Source: Lepidodermella squamata
Taxonomy: Eukaryota; Animalia; Gastrotricha
Assembly (NCBI GenBank): GCA_047495785.1
Contig: JBLDXI010000015.1
Span: 868,001-932,000 of the forward strand
Direction of reading: 5' to 3'
Length of the DNA: 64,000 nucleotides
In this document: positions 1-12,521 of the stretch, in pieces
Numbering within the stretch: position 1 is the stretch's first letter
How the letters are laid out: each line of letters begins with the position of its first letter
Notes under the pieces: model-generated
Database searches by the model: none
Seen by the model: only the letters and a program-made list of their open reading frames with translations
Told to the model about the DNA's origin: nothing
Program-made: the position numbers and the translations under genes

Positions 1-244
1 GAAAAAGCGAAAAACGAAAATTTCGCCTTGGAGGAATGGAGGAATAGAGGAAGTTTATTTCACGCACTTAGAGCCCCGTTATTTTGAATTTGGACTTGTA
101 CATTGAGATTTTACCGTGCGCGCGAGGAAGGCTGCAAGTATTTGTTGCGCAATAAATGCGAGTGAGGTGCATTTACGTGTAAAACGCGCCAACCAATAGG
201 AGAGCGCGCGCGGAGGAAACACCGGCGGGCCCGAAAATGTGCGA

Positions 245-2746
245 TTTTTTAATGGTTAAGCTAGTAAGCAGTTTCGTCTGAATTGAGCTGAAAACGCGGG
301 CTGCACTCAATAATGGATAACATTTTTGCTAAAACTCATCGCTCACTACTCTTCCCGAAGATGTGGACTGAAAAAACCGAGTTTCGGTATACACACGAAA
401 GGCTTCGATGTCGTTAAACAAGTCCTATTCGACCCCATGCACTTGCTCTTCGAGGGCAATTTGCAGACCGAGAGAATTCTTCTCTCGTTTCGACTTTTCC
501 CCAGCAAATCACCAACCCGTATTTCTAAATCTTCGACACAAGAGCAATGATGTTATCTCGAGTTGAAACGAAGTACCGATCTAACTTGAACGAAGTACCG
601 GGTATCTCGCTTGTAGCAAGCCTGGAATCTCGCCCTTCATGCCTAAACAGTCGATGCCTAATTTGTGAGTGGTAGCCGTAGCTAATGGCAGACAAAGTTC
701 CAACTTCTGATTCTGAAAAGCAACAGTCTTTGTACCAGAGCGTCTTTTTCGGCGAAACAGGCTATATCGAAGTCGCAGTTTTCAACAATTCTTCGCGCTT
801 CGATCAACTCAAGACCAAATTGTTCACATTCCCGTTTTCGAAAATACTCATGTTATTTTTCGAACTTCAGCCTGGCCAATCTATATTTTGCTAATTTTAC
901 TGTACCGAGTTATCGGTTCCAAGTATCGATGTTACAAATCAGTGATTTTTCCTGATAACTAAAGTCTAAAACGCCGTTATTTAATCTATTTCTACCTATT
1001 TAATAGCACCAGGTAGCTAAAATACAAATTCCAGGTTCAAAATATCGATCCACAAGTTAGCATGTCGTAGTTTTATTTATATCGATTGCCGGCCGGCGCT
1101 ATAGGCACATATGAATGACATCGGAGCATGAAAATATATTGCCCCCATGCTATCTAGGGCTCGTAGCATTTATAAATTGAACATTATCATAGGCAGTTCA
1201 TAATTTCGAGTTTTATGTTATTATTTTATTTTTGTATTTTAGTTTTTGTCGATTTTTGTTGGCTTTTTGTGCGTTTTTGTAGAAAGGTAGAAAAGTCGAT
1301 CGAGGGTTCGGGCTCGTTGCGCAAATTGAGTAGGGCTGAAAATTATCGAAGGTGGTTAACGGCAATAATTAAGGGCTTACAGGCAGGGCTATTCCAGCTC
1401 ATCAGACACGGCTCAGGTTCCGAAAGGCTCAAGGCTCAAGGTCAGGCTCATGACGACTCAGGCTCAGGCTCAGGGCTCTGTAAGGCAAGGCAGAGATCAA
1501 TTCATTAAACGGTCAAGTTAGCGCTGGAACCTGCAAGCTCGAAGTGTTGGTGGTGCAAATACTTGCATCCATCTCTCAATAAATGTCTGCCTTCGTGTTG
1601 TACTACAAAAGGAACCACGCTGCGCTACCCGAAGATTAATTTGAAGTTCAAACCTTTCGTAAATACTTTGACATTTACGTAGAATTAGCTCTTTTTTCCC
1701 AGATTCGCGTCTTCACCTTCACTACTACCTCACCTCAAGCACTAACTAGGACAGATAATTGAAGGTATGAAAAGGCATATTATTTTTCATGTCACAAGAA
1801 GAAGTCCTAATCATTGTATTAGAATATTTCCCTTTTTCAAATTTTCTTCCGGGCTTGGGTAAGGACTCTTCTCTTACTGCGTGTCTCCTTCACGGATATG
1901 TAATTCGGTAACTCTGAACCGCGTTAGTTTATTGCTTCGATAAACTAGTTCCTGAATTCTTTTAATGAAGCCAATTTCCATTCAAAATAATCTTTTTGAA
2001 AATGAAAAAAGCAGATGATGGAGAAAATGAACTCCAAGTACTGCGTAGCTACAAGGTCATGTGCCCATCACATGATAACCATGATTCAATTTAATTTTCA
2101 ACTACGAGTCGCGAATTTTAAGTCGCAGCTTTACTAATTTCAAACCACACTGTATTTTGCTAATTTTACTGTACCGAGTTATCGGTTCCAAGTATCGATT
2201 TTACAAATCAGTGATTTTTCCCGATAACTAAAGTCTAAAAGGCCGTTATTTAATCTATTTCTACCTATTTAATAGCACCAGATAGCAAAAATCAAAGTTC
2301 AAGATTGAAAATATTGATCTGCGAATTAGCGCTGGAACCTGTAAGCCCGGAGAGTTGGTGGTGCAAATACTTGCTCCGATCTCCCGATTAATGCTTGCCT
2401 CCGTGTTATACTACAAAAGGAGCCACGCTGCGCTACCCGAAGATTTCAAGTGGCCACAAGCCACGTGGAAAATCAAAGCGCGAGTCACAAAGTTGACCCT
2501 GTGTCCAGTTCTGGGGCAAGTTCTCACGCGAAAAAACCGCGAACACGGGAAACGGCAAAAAAGAAGAGCCAAGAAGACACACGTGACGAACTCTCGCGGT
2601 GAGATGAGGCTCAGAATTAAAACCTTACAGGATTTACCGGATGAAACCCGTTAAAAACCGATGGTAACTGGTAACTCGTTCGGTAATTTTCGGCAATTAC
2701 CGTTTTGGCCTAGTTTTGGCAGTGTTTTTACTTCCATTGACAAGTG
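245..2746 (+). mobile_element. Degenerate CACTA/EnSpm (CMC)-like DNA transposon copy, internally deleted/duplicated
   Basis: ORF 326-550 carries [19 protein letters not shown], matching the D-x-MH-x3-EG motif of EnSpm-type transposases. The right end reads ...CCATTGACAAGTG (CACTTG on the - strand), with the same terminus at 23799. Homologous segments recur at ~13725-14810 and 17195-23799; ~885-1060 is duplicated at ~2150-2330. Left boundary approximate. Confidence 0.65.
1062..1513. mobile_element. 452-bp insertion with 9-bp direct repeat, containing GGCTCA repeats
   Basis: CAAGTTAGC at 1053-1061 and 1514-1522. The paralogous copy at ~14620 (CAAATTAGCGCTGG) lacks the insert. No TIR seen. Confidence 0.6.
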
Positions 2747-2904
2747 AAGAATTACAACCTTACAGAATTTCTGCTTGCTCGAGGGGTTCTGCGAGAGGCA
2801 TCGTTGAAAATCACAGATATTCCATGAAAATGACCTGATATACGGTTCAATTTGAGCCGAGAATGAGCTGCGTTTTCGTGATCGGCATGCATTTCCGGAA
2901 GTTA

Positions 2905-3531
2905 AGGCTGTTAAAGCAAGATAAGGCTGTCAGAATTGTCATGAATGCGCCGGATTGTGCCGACCCTTCTCCTCTCCGCGACGAGCTCAAATGGCTTGAC
3001 CTTCAGGGCAAGCGAAACGTGCACATTGCCACCTTAATGTACAGATGTCTTGCTGGTGACTCACCCGATGTTATAAAATCTATTTTTGTTCCTAATTCTC
3101 CATCTTCTACTCGTTCTTCGCGTCTCAGCTTCAAAATTCCTACTATGAGACTTGACTACGGCCAAGCCTCTCTTAGTTACGCAGGACCTCTCTTGTTTAA
3201 CAATTTACCACTCCACTTTCATTGTCCTCATCATCGCCCAGTCGATATTACTTCCTATACTAGCCTTCCTCCACGATGCGATTGCGGCTTCAAAATCTGT
3301 TACAATGCTCACTCTTGCCGACAACTTGTCTACAATTATCTGTTGACTAAACCTAAGCTCAAATCATATAAATGCTAAATTTTGTACATCTTTTGTTTTG
3401 TTATTATCAAACTTTGAAACGGATTGAAACATGACTCGAATTTTCTGCCACTTTTATACCACTTGAAACTTTTTGTTATCGTGCTCTCAACTTTGGGATT
3501 TATGCACTTAAATAATAAATAAATAAATAAA
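2905..3531 (+). mobile_element. 5'-truncated non-LTR retrotransposon (CR1/L2-clade) 3' end
   Basis: ORF 2863-3378 has the typical post-RT C-terminus (QDKAVRIVM...LKWLDL...LMYRCL...LSYAGPLLFNNLP), followed by a 3' UTR and a (TAAA)n tail at 3511-3531. Confidence 0.8.
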
Positions 3532-3594
3532 GGTATCGGGGTAATTGATGGAACCCACATTCCAATATCTGCCCCAACTGAAAATCCCGAAAGC
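3532..3594 (+). pseudogene. PIF/Harbinger transposase fragment
   Basis: Translates GIGVIDGTHIPISAPTENPES, the first catalytic-Asp motif (GxIDGTHIPI) of Harbinger/HARBI1-type transposases. Only ~20 codons. Confidence 0.65.
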
Positions 3595-3661
3595 CTTGGT
3601 TCACGTGGACAGCACGCGGATCATCACACAGGCTAAAAATGGGGGAATAACATCCCGTGGG

Positions 3662-3857
3662 CATGTGACGTAGATGTTGACGGACGCAGGACTACGCCGA
3701 TTTTTTGCCTGAAAACATGGCGAAAAAGGTAATATCTTGTACGATTTGTCATCATTGTTTTGATGCAGAGGCCGGGCCGAATTTCTGAATACTCGTGTTC
3801 TGTGGCTCAGGCAAAAAATCGGGGTAGTCCTGCGTCCGTCAACATCTACGTCACGTG
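3662..3857. mobile_element. MITE-like element with ~50-bp TIRs
   Basis: CATGTGACGTAGATGTTGACGGACGCAGGACTACGCCGATTTTTTGCCTGA and its near-perfect reverse complement ending at 3857. No clear TSD. Confidence 0.7.
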
Positions 3858-4000
3858 ACTTAGGTTGGCCAGAATGATGCTTGATATAGATTAATATATA
3901 GGATTATTCGGGTGCCTCAATGCCAAATGCTGAAGGTCCTCGCACTAACTCGTTCTTTATCTCTCATACACACGCGAGAAAAAACATACGCACAGAGCGA

Positions 4001-4261
4001 ATCGCATACGCCCACCCGTTCACAAACTGATTACTTTTTTTCGTGTGCAGTTGCTATTGTACTGGTCTGTTAAACTGGCCACTGCTGCCATAGCCAATGG
4101 CCATAACTGGCCATTGTGCTGGCTATTATACTGGCTATTATACATAACAGGCGGACGGGGTCGATCCCCGTCAAAGTTGGCTTTTTTTAGTGGCCTCTTT
4201 GATCAAAAATTGCATACGAGGAAAAAAGAAATCAGTTTGTGAACGGGTGGTTGTATGTGAT
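4001..4261. mobile_element. MITE-like inverted-repeat element
   Basis: CATACGCCCACCCGTTCACAAACTGATT... is mirrored by ...AATCAGTTTGTGAACGGGTGGTTGTATG; internal TGGCCA-type repeats. Confidence 0.55.
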
Positions 4262-4642
4262 TTCTTTCTGCAAACACATACGACCAGCAAAAAACTGATA
4301 ACTTATTACGCAAACAAATTGCATGACGAGTGTGTGCGCATTCCTTAAGGTCCTAGCTTTTCGCACTTGCACGCATCGTCAAAAAAGAGATTGTTGTGTG
4401 AATCGGAAAAATGCTCAAGCATCAAGAAAATTTCTTCCTTTCGTTTGCACGTCAAATTTTGATTTTCCCAATTCAATTTTGTGAAAGCGTCATCAAAATC
4501 TCACGATGTAAAAATTTCGCCAGACCCCACTTTTCACTTGACAAAACGGTCAAGCATCTTTTATTATTCAAATCTCGGTCATCTCTCACAATCTGAACAA
4601 AATAAAAAGGTCATCAATTCACAGTGTGTTTTACAACACCTT

Positions 4643-5086
4643 CTAATACAGTCCGGCCACCTTCGCTAAAACAGCTGCAGCTGTAACTCCAGATACGATT
4701 TTATTGGTGGCACTATTGGTAGGACCAGTGCAAACCTTCATCTGAGAAGGCGTCTGATGCACAGTTTGGCACGGACAGGTATAAGTATAGTTCGCCCCAG
4801 TTGGGGTCCATCTCGGGGTCAGACATCTATTATCCGCTTGATCCTTCTCTACATACGCACGGAGGGTGTAGTTGTAGACCCTTCGAAATCTGTTGCATTC
4901 TTTGCATACACATTTACCACCAGAGCAGTAACCGCCATAACAGGAAACTTCGCCACATATTTCATTACAGCAGGTGTCATCTCGTGGTCCTCCCCAACAG
5001 CAAAGTCCGTCTGTAGCAGCCTCAACACGTACCATGTTGACGACTGACAACACCAGAAGAGTAATGACCGTGGATGGCAGACGCAT
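4643..5086 (-). CDS. Secreted Cys-rich CSalphabeta defensin-like protein (ASABF-type spacing) with C-terminal extension and probable GPI signal, 147 aa
   Basis: ATG at 5086 starts a signal peptide (MRLPSTVITLLVLSVVNMVRVEA). Then CCWGGPRDDTCCNEICGEVSCYGGYCSGGKCVCKEC (CxxxCxxxxCxxGxC...CxCxxC), a 4-Cys region, and a hydrophobic tail (IVSGVTAAAVLAKVAGLY). Single coding exon. Confidence 0.75.
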   Translation of the reverse strand: MRLPSTVITLLVLSVVNMVRVEAATDGLCCWGGPRDDTCCNEICGEVSCYGGYCSGGKCVCKECNRFRRVYNYTLRAYVEKDQADNRCLTPRWTPTGANYTYTCPCQTVHQTPSQMKVCTGPTNSATNKIVSGVTAAAVLAKVAGLY

Positions 5087-6103
5087 TTCTATGCACAGAA
5101 AAGAATAAAAAATATTACCATAAATAGGGAAATATACGGAAATCTTAATTTTTTTCAAATAACCACCCACTCTTCACTTCAATTTAGGTTCTGTCTGCTA
5201 TCATTTCGGCCTTCCGTTACATCTATCTCTTCAGCGGTAAGCGGTAATAACTTCGATGTTAAGCATAACCTCCTTGAGACGCACATTTACGGATCCGCGG
5301 TGGTTTCCTCCGGCCACTAAACCACTGAAAGGCTAGTTTTCTCTAACAATTATTTTCTCGCACGCTATTGGTCGATTCAGAAATAAACGCGGGAGTAGCA
5401 TTAATGCCGCTGCGAAACAAAATAACCGTCGACTTGGCTAATTCATGGCTAATAATGCAGACCGGCGCAAATATAAGAGACTCATTTTCAGACGCTGTTG
5501 AAAGTGAATTTTTTAGGATGATTGAAACATTTTTCCTAAAAAATTCCCAAATCCAGTGAAATCAATAATTGAAAAAAATGAGCAGAGGTTGTGAATTTTA
5601 CCCTAATTTCAAATTTCAACATTATTGACGCCTTTGACTCCTTGCTGAAAATTAGAAAAAATTGGATAAAATCACCCAACTCGATTCAACAATAATTATC
5701 CAAAACATTCAACAATAATTATCAATTGGGATCGCTGAAAACTGGACGCAAAATTCAGCTGCACTCGATAATGAAATCAAAAGGCTGCTTGTTATCACTA
5801 TTTTCAATCCTGAACCCGGTTTTTCAGGCGGACTTGGAATATCATAAAAAATGTTCAATAAAACCGAGATTAATTTTTTTTGTTATTCAAGGGTGAGGTT
5901 GTCATTACTGTCATTACAGTATGGCAGTTTACGTTAATTCGCGCTGCTTTCGTGGCTTTATTCGTTTTTTTCTGCAGTAGCAAATGCACTCCGCACAATA
6001 ATTAATTAGGTCACTACTACACAAAATTATGAATGGGCATTACGGTTATTTCGACAAGAATGGACGATAAAATTTAGCTGTCGAAATTTAAAAAAATAGG
6101 ATA

Positions 6104-6519
6104 CCGTATTTTACGAATTTTAAGACCCTGCCCTGTATTTTTTTCAACCGAGGTTCAAAAGTCCTGCCCAGTATTTAGGGTCTGCCCTTTAATTCGGCTC
6201 TGCCCTATAATTTTTCGAACCTAATCAGTCACCTGAACAGTAAAAACAACAGTTGATCAACAGTGATCAACAGTTAAAACCGCCGAATAACCACTATAGC
6301 TACTGCCTTCCCCCTGTGACTACACGCGTGAAGTGTGTGCTCAAATGGATTAGGGTGGATAAAGGACGATTAGTGCACTTACTGGCGAGAAATCGCAACC
6401 TATCCAACTTTAATTACTTACCCAGCAGGCGCCCATGTAAGCCACTTCATACAAGGCCCTGCCTATTATTAAGGTTCTGCCCTATAATTGGGTCCTGCCT
6501 AATAATTCGTAAAATACGG
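6104..6519. mobile_element. Tc1/mariner-pogo (Tigger-like) MITE
   Basis: TA|CCGTATTTTACGAATT ... AATTCGTAAAATACGG|TA; subterminal CTGCCC repeats. Confidence 0.8.
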
Positions 6520-6853
6520 TATTAGTATAGGATAGAACATCCAATGAATAATTATAAATTAAATTTGTAACCATCGATTTAAAAGCAGAAAATTGATAAT
6601 GGGTAATTTTTAATAATTTTTAATAATTTAAGAATTATGCCAAGGCGTGATATTTTTGAATATAAATAGTTCAAATTGCTTGCAAATCGAAGCCTTAGTT
6701 TATTTTCTCCAATAACTGATTGTTAAATTTGAGAAATTCGTTCGAAATTTACAAATTTCTTAGTGGGATAATTTTCGCTAAAAGTCATTTTTTACAGTTT
6801 GTGAGAATGTGTTTCTTAATATTTGCGTCGGTCTTGACTCTTAGCCACAAATC

Positions 6854-7822
6854 GCTCAATTCCGGGCCCCCATTAGATACGAGCAGGCCCCAAACGTCGG
6901 TTGCGCAATCAGAGGGTAAAATTGGACTTGTGCGCGCGCGCTAAGTCGAAATTTTTAACAAAATTAAGGCCGCGCGCGCTTATTTCAAAGGGCGACTTTT
7001 GAATATTCCGGCGGTTTTTATATCAAAATAAATTTCAAACAATTCGCTATTTATTCGCTATTTCGGGAAATTCAAAATAAAAAAGTTTTACGCGCACTCC
7101 AAATTCCGCGCGGTGGCTAGGGGCGCGCACATGCACGCATGGAAAGTTAGAGCGCGCGTAAAACTTTTTTATTTTAATTAATTCGCGCGAGAACACCACA
7201 TTCAATCGATAGAGAACTGTCTGAATTATTTTTTGGTATAAAAACCGACGCGATATTTGAAATTAAGCCTTTAAGATCATCGCGCGCGGTATTAAGTTGG
7301 TTAAATATCAAGACTTGGCTCGCGCGCATCATTCGCACTCCAAACTTTCTGATTCCTAAATTCTAACAAACTTAATACCGCGCGCGATGATCGTAAAGGC
7401 TTACTTTCAAATATAGCGTCGGTTTTTATACCAAAAAATAATTTAGACAGTTCTCTATCGATTGAATGTGGTGTTCTCGCGCGAATTATTTAAAATAAAA
7501 AAGTTTTACGCGCACCTTAGATTTTGCGCGCCGGTTGAGAGCGCGCGCACTCGCTTCTCGTAACTTTGGGTGCGCGTAAAACTTTTTTCCTTTAATCCTA
7601 TAACGTGAGAAACTATATCTATTTGATAGAGTATTGTGTGAACTTTATTCTGGTATAAAAACCGCCAAACATTTTTTAACTAGCCTTTTGACATTAGCGC
7701 GCGCGGCCGCGAAATTAATAAAAATTTCGACTTAGTGCTCGCGCACAAGTCCAATTTTACCCTCTGATTGCGCAACCGACGCTTGGGGCCTGCTCGTATC
7801 TAAGGGGGGCCCGGAATTGAGC
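6854..7822. mobile_element. Foldback/MULE-type non-autonomous element with 9-bp TSD
   Basis: Long TIRs GCTCAATTCCGGGCCCC.../...GGGCCCGGAATTGAGC, an internally palindromic body, and a perfect TSD CCACAAATC at 6845-6853 and 7823-7831. Confidence 0.9.
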
Positions 7823-9090
7823 CCACAAATCTGTGACAAATCTGCAAGGTCAACGGTTGTTTTGTTTCACTGTGGCATTAGTGCGGTTACCGCGTTAATT
7901 TTTGAATCGGCCAATAGTGTGCGAGCAAATAATTGTTATGGAAAAATAGCCTTTCAGATCGTTTTAGTGGCCGGAGGAAACCACCGCGGATCCGTAAATG
8001 TGCGCTTACAGCAGGGCGGATGGTTTCCTTTTTGGGGGTGCGACTTTTCGCGAAGAGGGGGTAACCCCCTTTTCCAACGCTATACTATATTTCCTCCCAC
8101 GCAATGGCGAGGCTACAAAATTCAAAAGCTGAACCCCGCGCCAAAAAATAGCAACGGTAGTCAAGGGGCCTGTTCTCGTTAACCTGTAAATATTTTTAGG
8201 TACATCTCAATGGTCTTAGTATGTACCGCAAAGTCTCGGCCTAGAATCGTTGATTCGATATTTAAGAATTAGAATACCCCCTAAAAGTAGTATTTTCGGA
8301 CAGATAAATAACCCAACTAATAATGTCAAGCCATCATGAGCGCGCGACCTAAATTGAAGCCTGCCATGTTGGCCCTGCGTTATACCCTGCGTCATATTTC
8401 GGTATTTACGGTGATATTAAGTAATGAAAATAAAAGATTGATCAAAAGATAGAATAGATTACAAGAAAACAATGGAGATTCCTTGAATCCATGAGAATGG
8501 TATCAACTGTTGTCATTATTATCAAAATAGGGTGGGAAATCTGATTTGTTAAATAAGTGAGATGCAAAAGAAAATAAGACAAAGGACGACAACACGTGCT
8601 ATTTTCCTTATTTTCAAAAAAACATCACGCAAATTGATATTAGCCGCAGTTGTTTTTTTATAACATGATTCATTCCCTGCAAAAATAGAAGGAGTAGGGC
8701 CGGTAAGGGATAAAAACTGCTCAATTTTTAAATTAGATAAAACCGACACTAGTTTGAAGCTTGAGATATAGCCCACCTAAATCTAAAATCGCCGATGTGG
8801 CATGAAGCACTTAGGCAGATGAAACATCACCTGGAAAACGTCATACAATGCCCAGAAGCAGGTAAAACTCCCTCGTGACGACACTTTGAGCTTATTTTAG
8901 ATGACTCATTCGATCGTACTTTTAGTCGCCTAACGTAATGTTGAAGTACGTTAGGCCTTTCGAACACCGATTTTTTCCTAATTTCGAACGTACTTTCCTC
9001 ATAAAATCTATAAATAGTTAAGTGGTTGTTTTGGCGCGTCGCTAACGATATATATATTGTTATTTTCGAATTTTTATCTGAGGTTTGTGG

Positions 9091-10416
9091 TCACCTTGTT
9101 ATTTCGACGGACGCAGTGTTGATGACATCTTGGAAAATTTCGTCACGTGGTTGAAATCGAGCGGGGAAACTGGTATTATCATCGCGTTTTCGCTCGATAT
9201 AATCAACAAGGAAGGGCACAAGAATGGCGAGAGACGGTCGCGAGGAGAAATTAGCGTCAATGTAGTCCTTAACCGCCCCGAAAACCCTTTCCACCAAATT
9301 CGTCGTATTTATGAACAGAAGAGGGAGATACGGCGGTGGTACAAGGCCCACATTTTCTCGCAATCCAACCAACAGCGGCGCGAAGCGGCTGGATTTTCTT
9401 GCCAATTTTTACCGTGACTTCTTCTTCCACTAACAAATTCCAATTATCAATCGCAGCTTTGAACGCCGCCTCGCTTCTCGCGTTTATCATGCACTTGAGG
9501 GCCGCAAACAACTGGTGTTTGAATGCCAGGAAATCATCGCAGTTTTTGTTTTGGGTAGTTGCAATGACATTTTTCAGGAATTTTATGACATGAAACACGC
9601 ACAAAAAGATTACGCTTTCGGGTTCAGCTTGATGAGAAGGTCGATTTGCTCGAAATCTTTATCGACGAAATAGTAATTGGGTTGGAAAATTTGCGCGAAA
9701 GAGTTCAGCACTGCCTCAACGTTTTCACCACGTTGCAGAAAAGCGAAAGCAGCAACACGCGCCTTACCAGTGACCGGGCAGCGGTAGACCCATTTCAACA
9801 ACTTGTGGTTTTCAATGTTGGTTTTGAAAGTCGTGTCCAAATTCAACACCTCCGGCTTGTACTTGGTTAAATCCTCCTCAATGCTGCTGGTGCAAATGAA
9901 GAGAGAGTCGACGTTGCCAGTCTTGTCGTGCCGTAGGTTAACTATGCCACCACTGTCTCTCAGCAATTTCAAAGATTCGTCGACAAGCTGATTTGTTTCT
10001 TCATCGGATTCACGCATTTCCTGTGAAATAATTAGGTAGGTTTTATTCGCAAAATTTTCCCGAATTTTTTTATTTTTCAATTTTTTTTATTTTATATTTT
10101 ATATATTTTTCACTATTTTTCCCGAACATTTGTTGATATTTCAAAATATTTACCAGTCTGATGTTGTGTATGGCCTTTGTTGAAACCATTTTGACAGTTT
10201 GACGCCTTAACACGTGGGCGATGCCTTAACACGTGCTGGAGCATTGGCTTTGAACAGTAGCTTGACTTGCAGTTTATCCTCATCGTTGAGTCGGCGAACA
10301 AAAGCGAAACGTGCGAATTTAATCGGGTCGTCGTCGTGATTGTGGCGGCAGGTTTTTTTCTTTAACCTACAAATTTTATCCCGCTTTAATGAGAACGTTG
10401 TTTGCCAAGTTGCCAA
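9091..10416 (-). pseudogene. Mutator-like (MULE) transposase, frameshifted
   Basis: Fragments in different frames: CRHNH (end of a WRKY-like Zn finger), PEVLNLDTTFKTN, YFVDKD, CVFHVIK - the MULE D..D..CxxH signature. Interrupted by stops and frameshifts. Confidence 0.8.
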
Positions 10417-10549
10417 GCATATTCGGCCAAACGCAAAAAGGCTGATGCTCGCAGCTTCAACTATTTCTAAAAATTTGAAATAAGCATGACCATGGAAACG
10501 TTCGCTTTACATTGTTAATTTAAGAACGAGGCACAAAAAATGACGTTAA

Positions 10550-12375
10550 GATATCGCTAGCGTTTCGGTATAACTCTCCATTTGACGGTAATTATTTTAC
10601 CGCGGCACCAAACAAGGTCACCTTAATGCTTTTGCGGTAAAACTATCGTCGCCGCGTTTGTAAATTTTTACCGCACGCGGCGTTAGTTTTACCGTGGAAA
10701 GCACTTGCGGCCTTGTGAGTAATATAGTAATATAGTATACTATATTACTCACAATCTTGCGGCAGTTGCTATTTAACTTACCGTAAATACCGAATTACTA
10801 GGCATCACCTAAATTTAAGGCAGGACCGGAATTGAGGGCAGAGGCCAGAGGTCAATTGAAATGATATAAGGCAGAACCGAAATATAAGGCACGTGCCTCT
10901 TATTCCGGCTTGAGTGAGCGTCAGCTGTGCAAATGGAAGAAGCTTAATCTCGCGCACTTGATAGAGCGTAAGTAGTACTTGATCCACCTGTGAGGAATTT
11001 AATCCCTTGTTTACACACAGTCGCTAGCAGCAAAGGAGGTAAAGAACGCAGGCGCCTCCCAGGTGCGGGTCGATGAGGTTGAAATTATAACTGGTGATGA
11101 TGATGAATGAATTTCTCGTGCTCGGTAAAAATAAATATAAGGCAGACCCGAAATAAAAGGCAGACCCGTTTTACAAGGCAGGACTTTTGGGGCATTCGAA
11201 ATTATTATAAGGCACTCTCTTATAATTCGGTATTTACGGTAATAAAAACTAGCCTCCCGAAAAATAGTTAATTGTTATTGTTGCTTTCGGGCCAATTTCA
11301 ATTACTTTGCGGTTATTATTTTCAAATTTTATTTTGAAAAATCGTCCGGACTTGAACTAAATTGGCTATTTTCTTCAATATCATCTTCATTTTTTGAAAA
11401 TAATTTTATAAATTAAGCAAAAATGTTCTTAAACCGCCATAATAAGCTATCAACAACCAAGATGATGACGTTCCCGCAAGCCTTAAAAGTTCGGAATTAG
11501 TAAATTCGGAATATCGCGAAATTAATCCAGATTATTACAAGAAGCGCCGAGTGTTAGTGTTGAGATATAGACAATTACGACGGCGGCATCAGCTGCACCA
11601 GGTCATCAAAGCAGCTCGAGTCTAAGTTTAGGGAAGCGAAGAAGGATGCGAGACGCGACGTTGCGGAATGGAACCTGGTTTGCTCGCCGGCGTGAGCTAG
11701 CCGAATTTTTTTCTTATAAATTGTTGACGAAATTCGTTGAACTCAAGTTCGGCTTCAATAAAATTGATATGAAGACGAGTATCAAGGGCATTTTCTGCTC
11801 AAATTTGGTTTTCAAACAAGAAACAGGAATAAACAGGAATTTGACTTGAAATCTCAAAATATCTGCTGCGCAAGGCGATGAAGCCATGGCGATGGCTCGA
11901 GCAATCCACCGCGCAGAATGACAGTCTTTCTACTTACTGTAAGGCTGACACAGCGAGCGCAAGAAGCATGCTGAATATGAGCCATGGAGGAATCCCGCGC
12001 GCACACCATGGTAGCGCGTCATTTTGTAATGGTGCGTCCACAAACTAACTTCGGAGAGGGTGACTTCGGAGACCGAACTTGAAACTTCGGAACACTCAAG
12101 CGAAACTTCGGTGACGTTATCAGTGGCAATTTCCGCGCGCGAGCGGCATGAGTCGTCCGAAGTTTCTATTGTTTGCGGGCCGAAGATTTCGAGTGCGCGC
12201 GCATGAGTGCCATGGGAACTTACCGCAGAACAATTAATTTTACCGCGCGCGAGTATTTGTATGCTTCAACGTCGAGGTAGTGCCGTTTACGATAAATTGT
12301 TTACCGCAACTAGAGAACAATGGCGAGGCGGAGTTACCGTCAAATAAAGAGTTATACCGAAACGCTAACGATATC
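10550..12375 (+). mobile_element. TIR element with Myb/SANT-like remnant (possibly PIF/Harbinger-derived)
   Basis: GATATCGCTAGCGTTTCGGTATAACTCT..TTTGACGGTAA at 10550 has its inverse ending at 12375. Internal RSSKQLESKFREAKKDARRDVAEW resembles a Myb/SANT helix; GDEAMAMARAIH is homologous to ~32540-32585(-). Flanks TAA/TAC are only an imperfect TSD. Confidence 0.6.
10781..11239. mobile_element. Tigger/pogo-like MITE nested in the preceding element
   Basis: TA|CCGTAAATACCGAATTA ... TAATTCGGTATTTACGG|TA (17-bp perfect TIR); subterminal TAAGGCAG repeats. Confidence 0.85.
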
Positions 12376-12521
12376 TACATTAAAACTAAACCCAAAATGC
12401 ATTGCCGAGATTTATTGTCAAATTATAACAGCTGAAATCATGATGCAAAACTGGGTAAAAGTAGCAAAATTAGTAGAAAAAACATTGTCATATCAGTTTC
12501 TTGGAGAGTTGAGAACATTTT

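Larger units (their letters stand above)
5280..8004. mobile_element. Non-autonomous long-TIR element (~170-bp imperfect TIRs) hosting two nested elements
   Basis: CGCACATTTACGGATCCGCGGTGGTTTCCTCCGGCCACTAAA at 5280 has its reverse complement ending at 8004; similarity continues ~170 bp inward. No TSD identified. Confidence 0.7.

Noticed and set aside
470-860. Helitron/Pif1 helicase reading on the minus strand of the CACTA-like repeat
   Set aside because: Resemblance is superficial; helicase motifs could not be aligned across copies.
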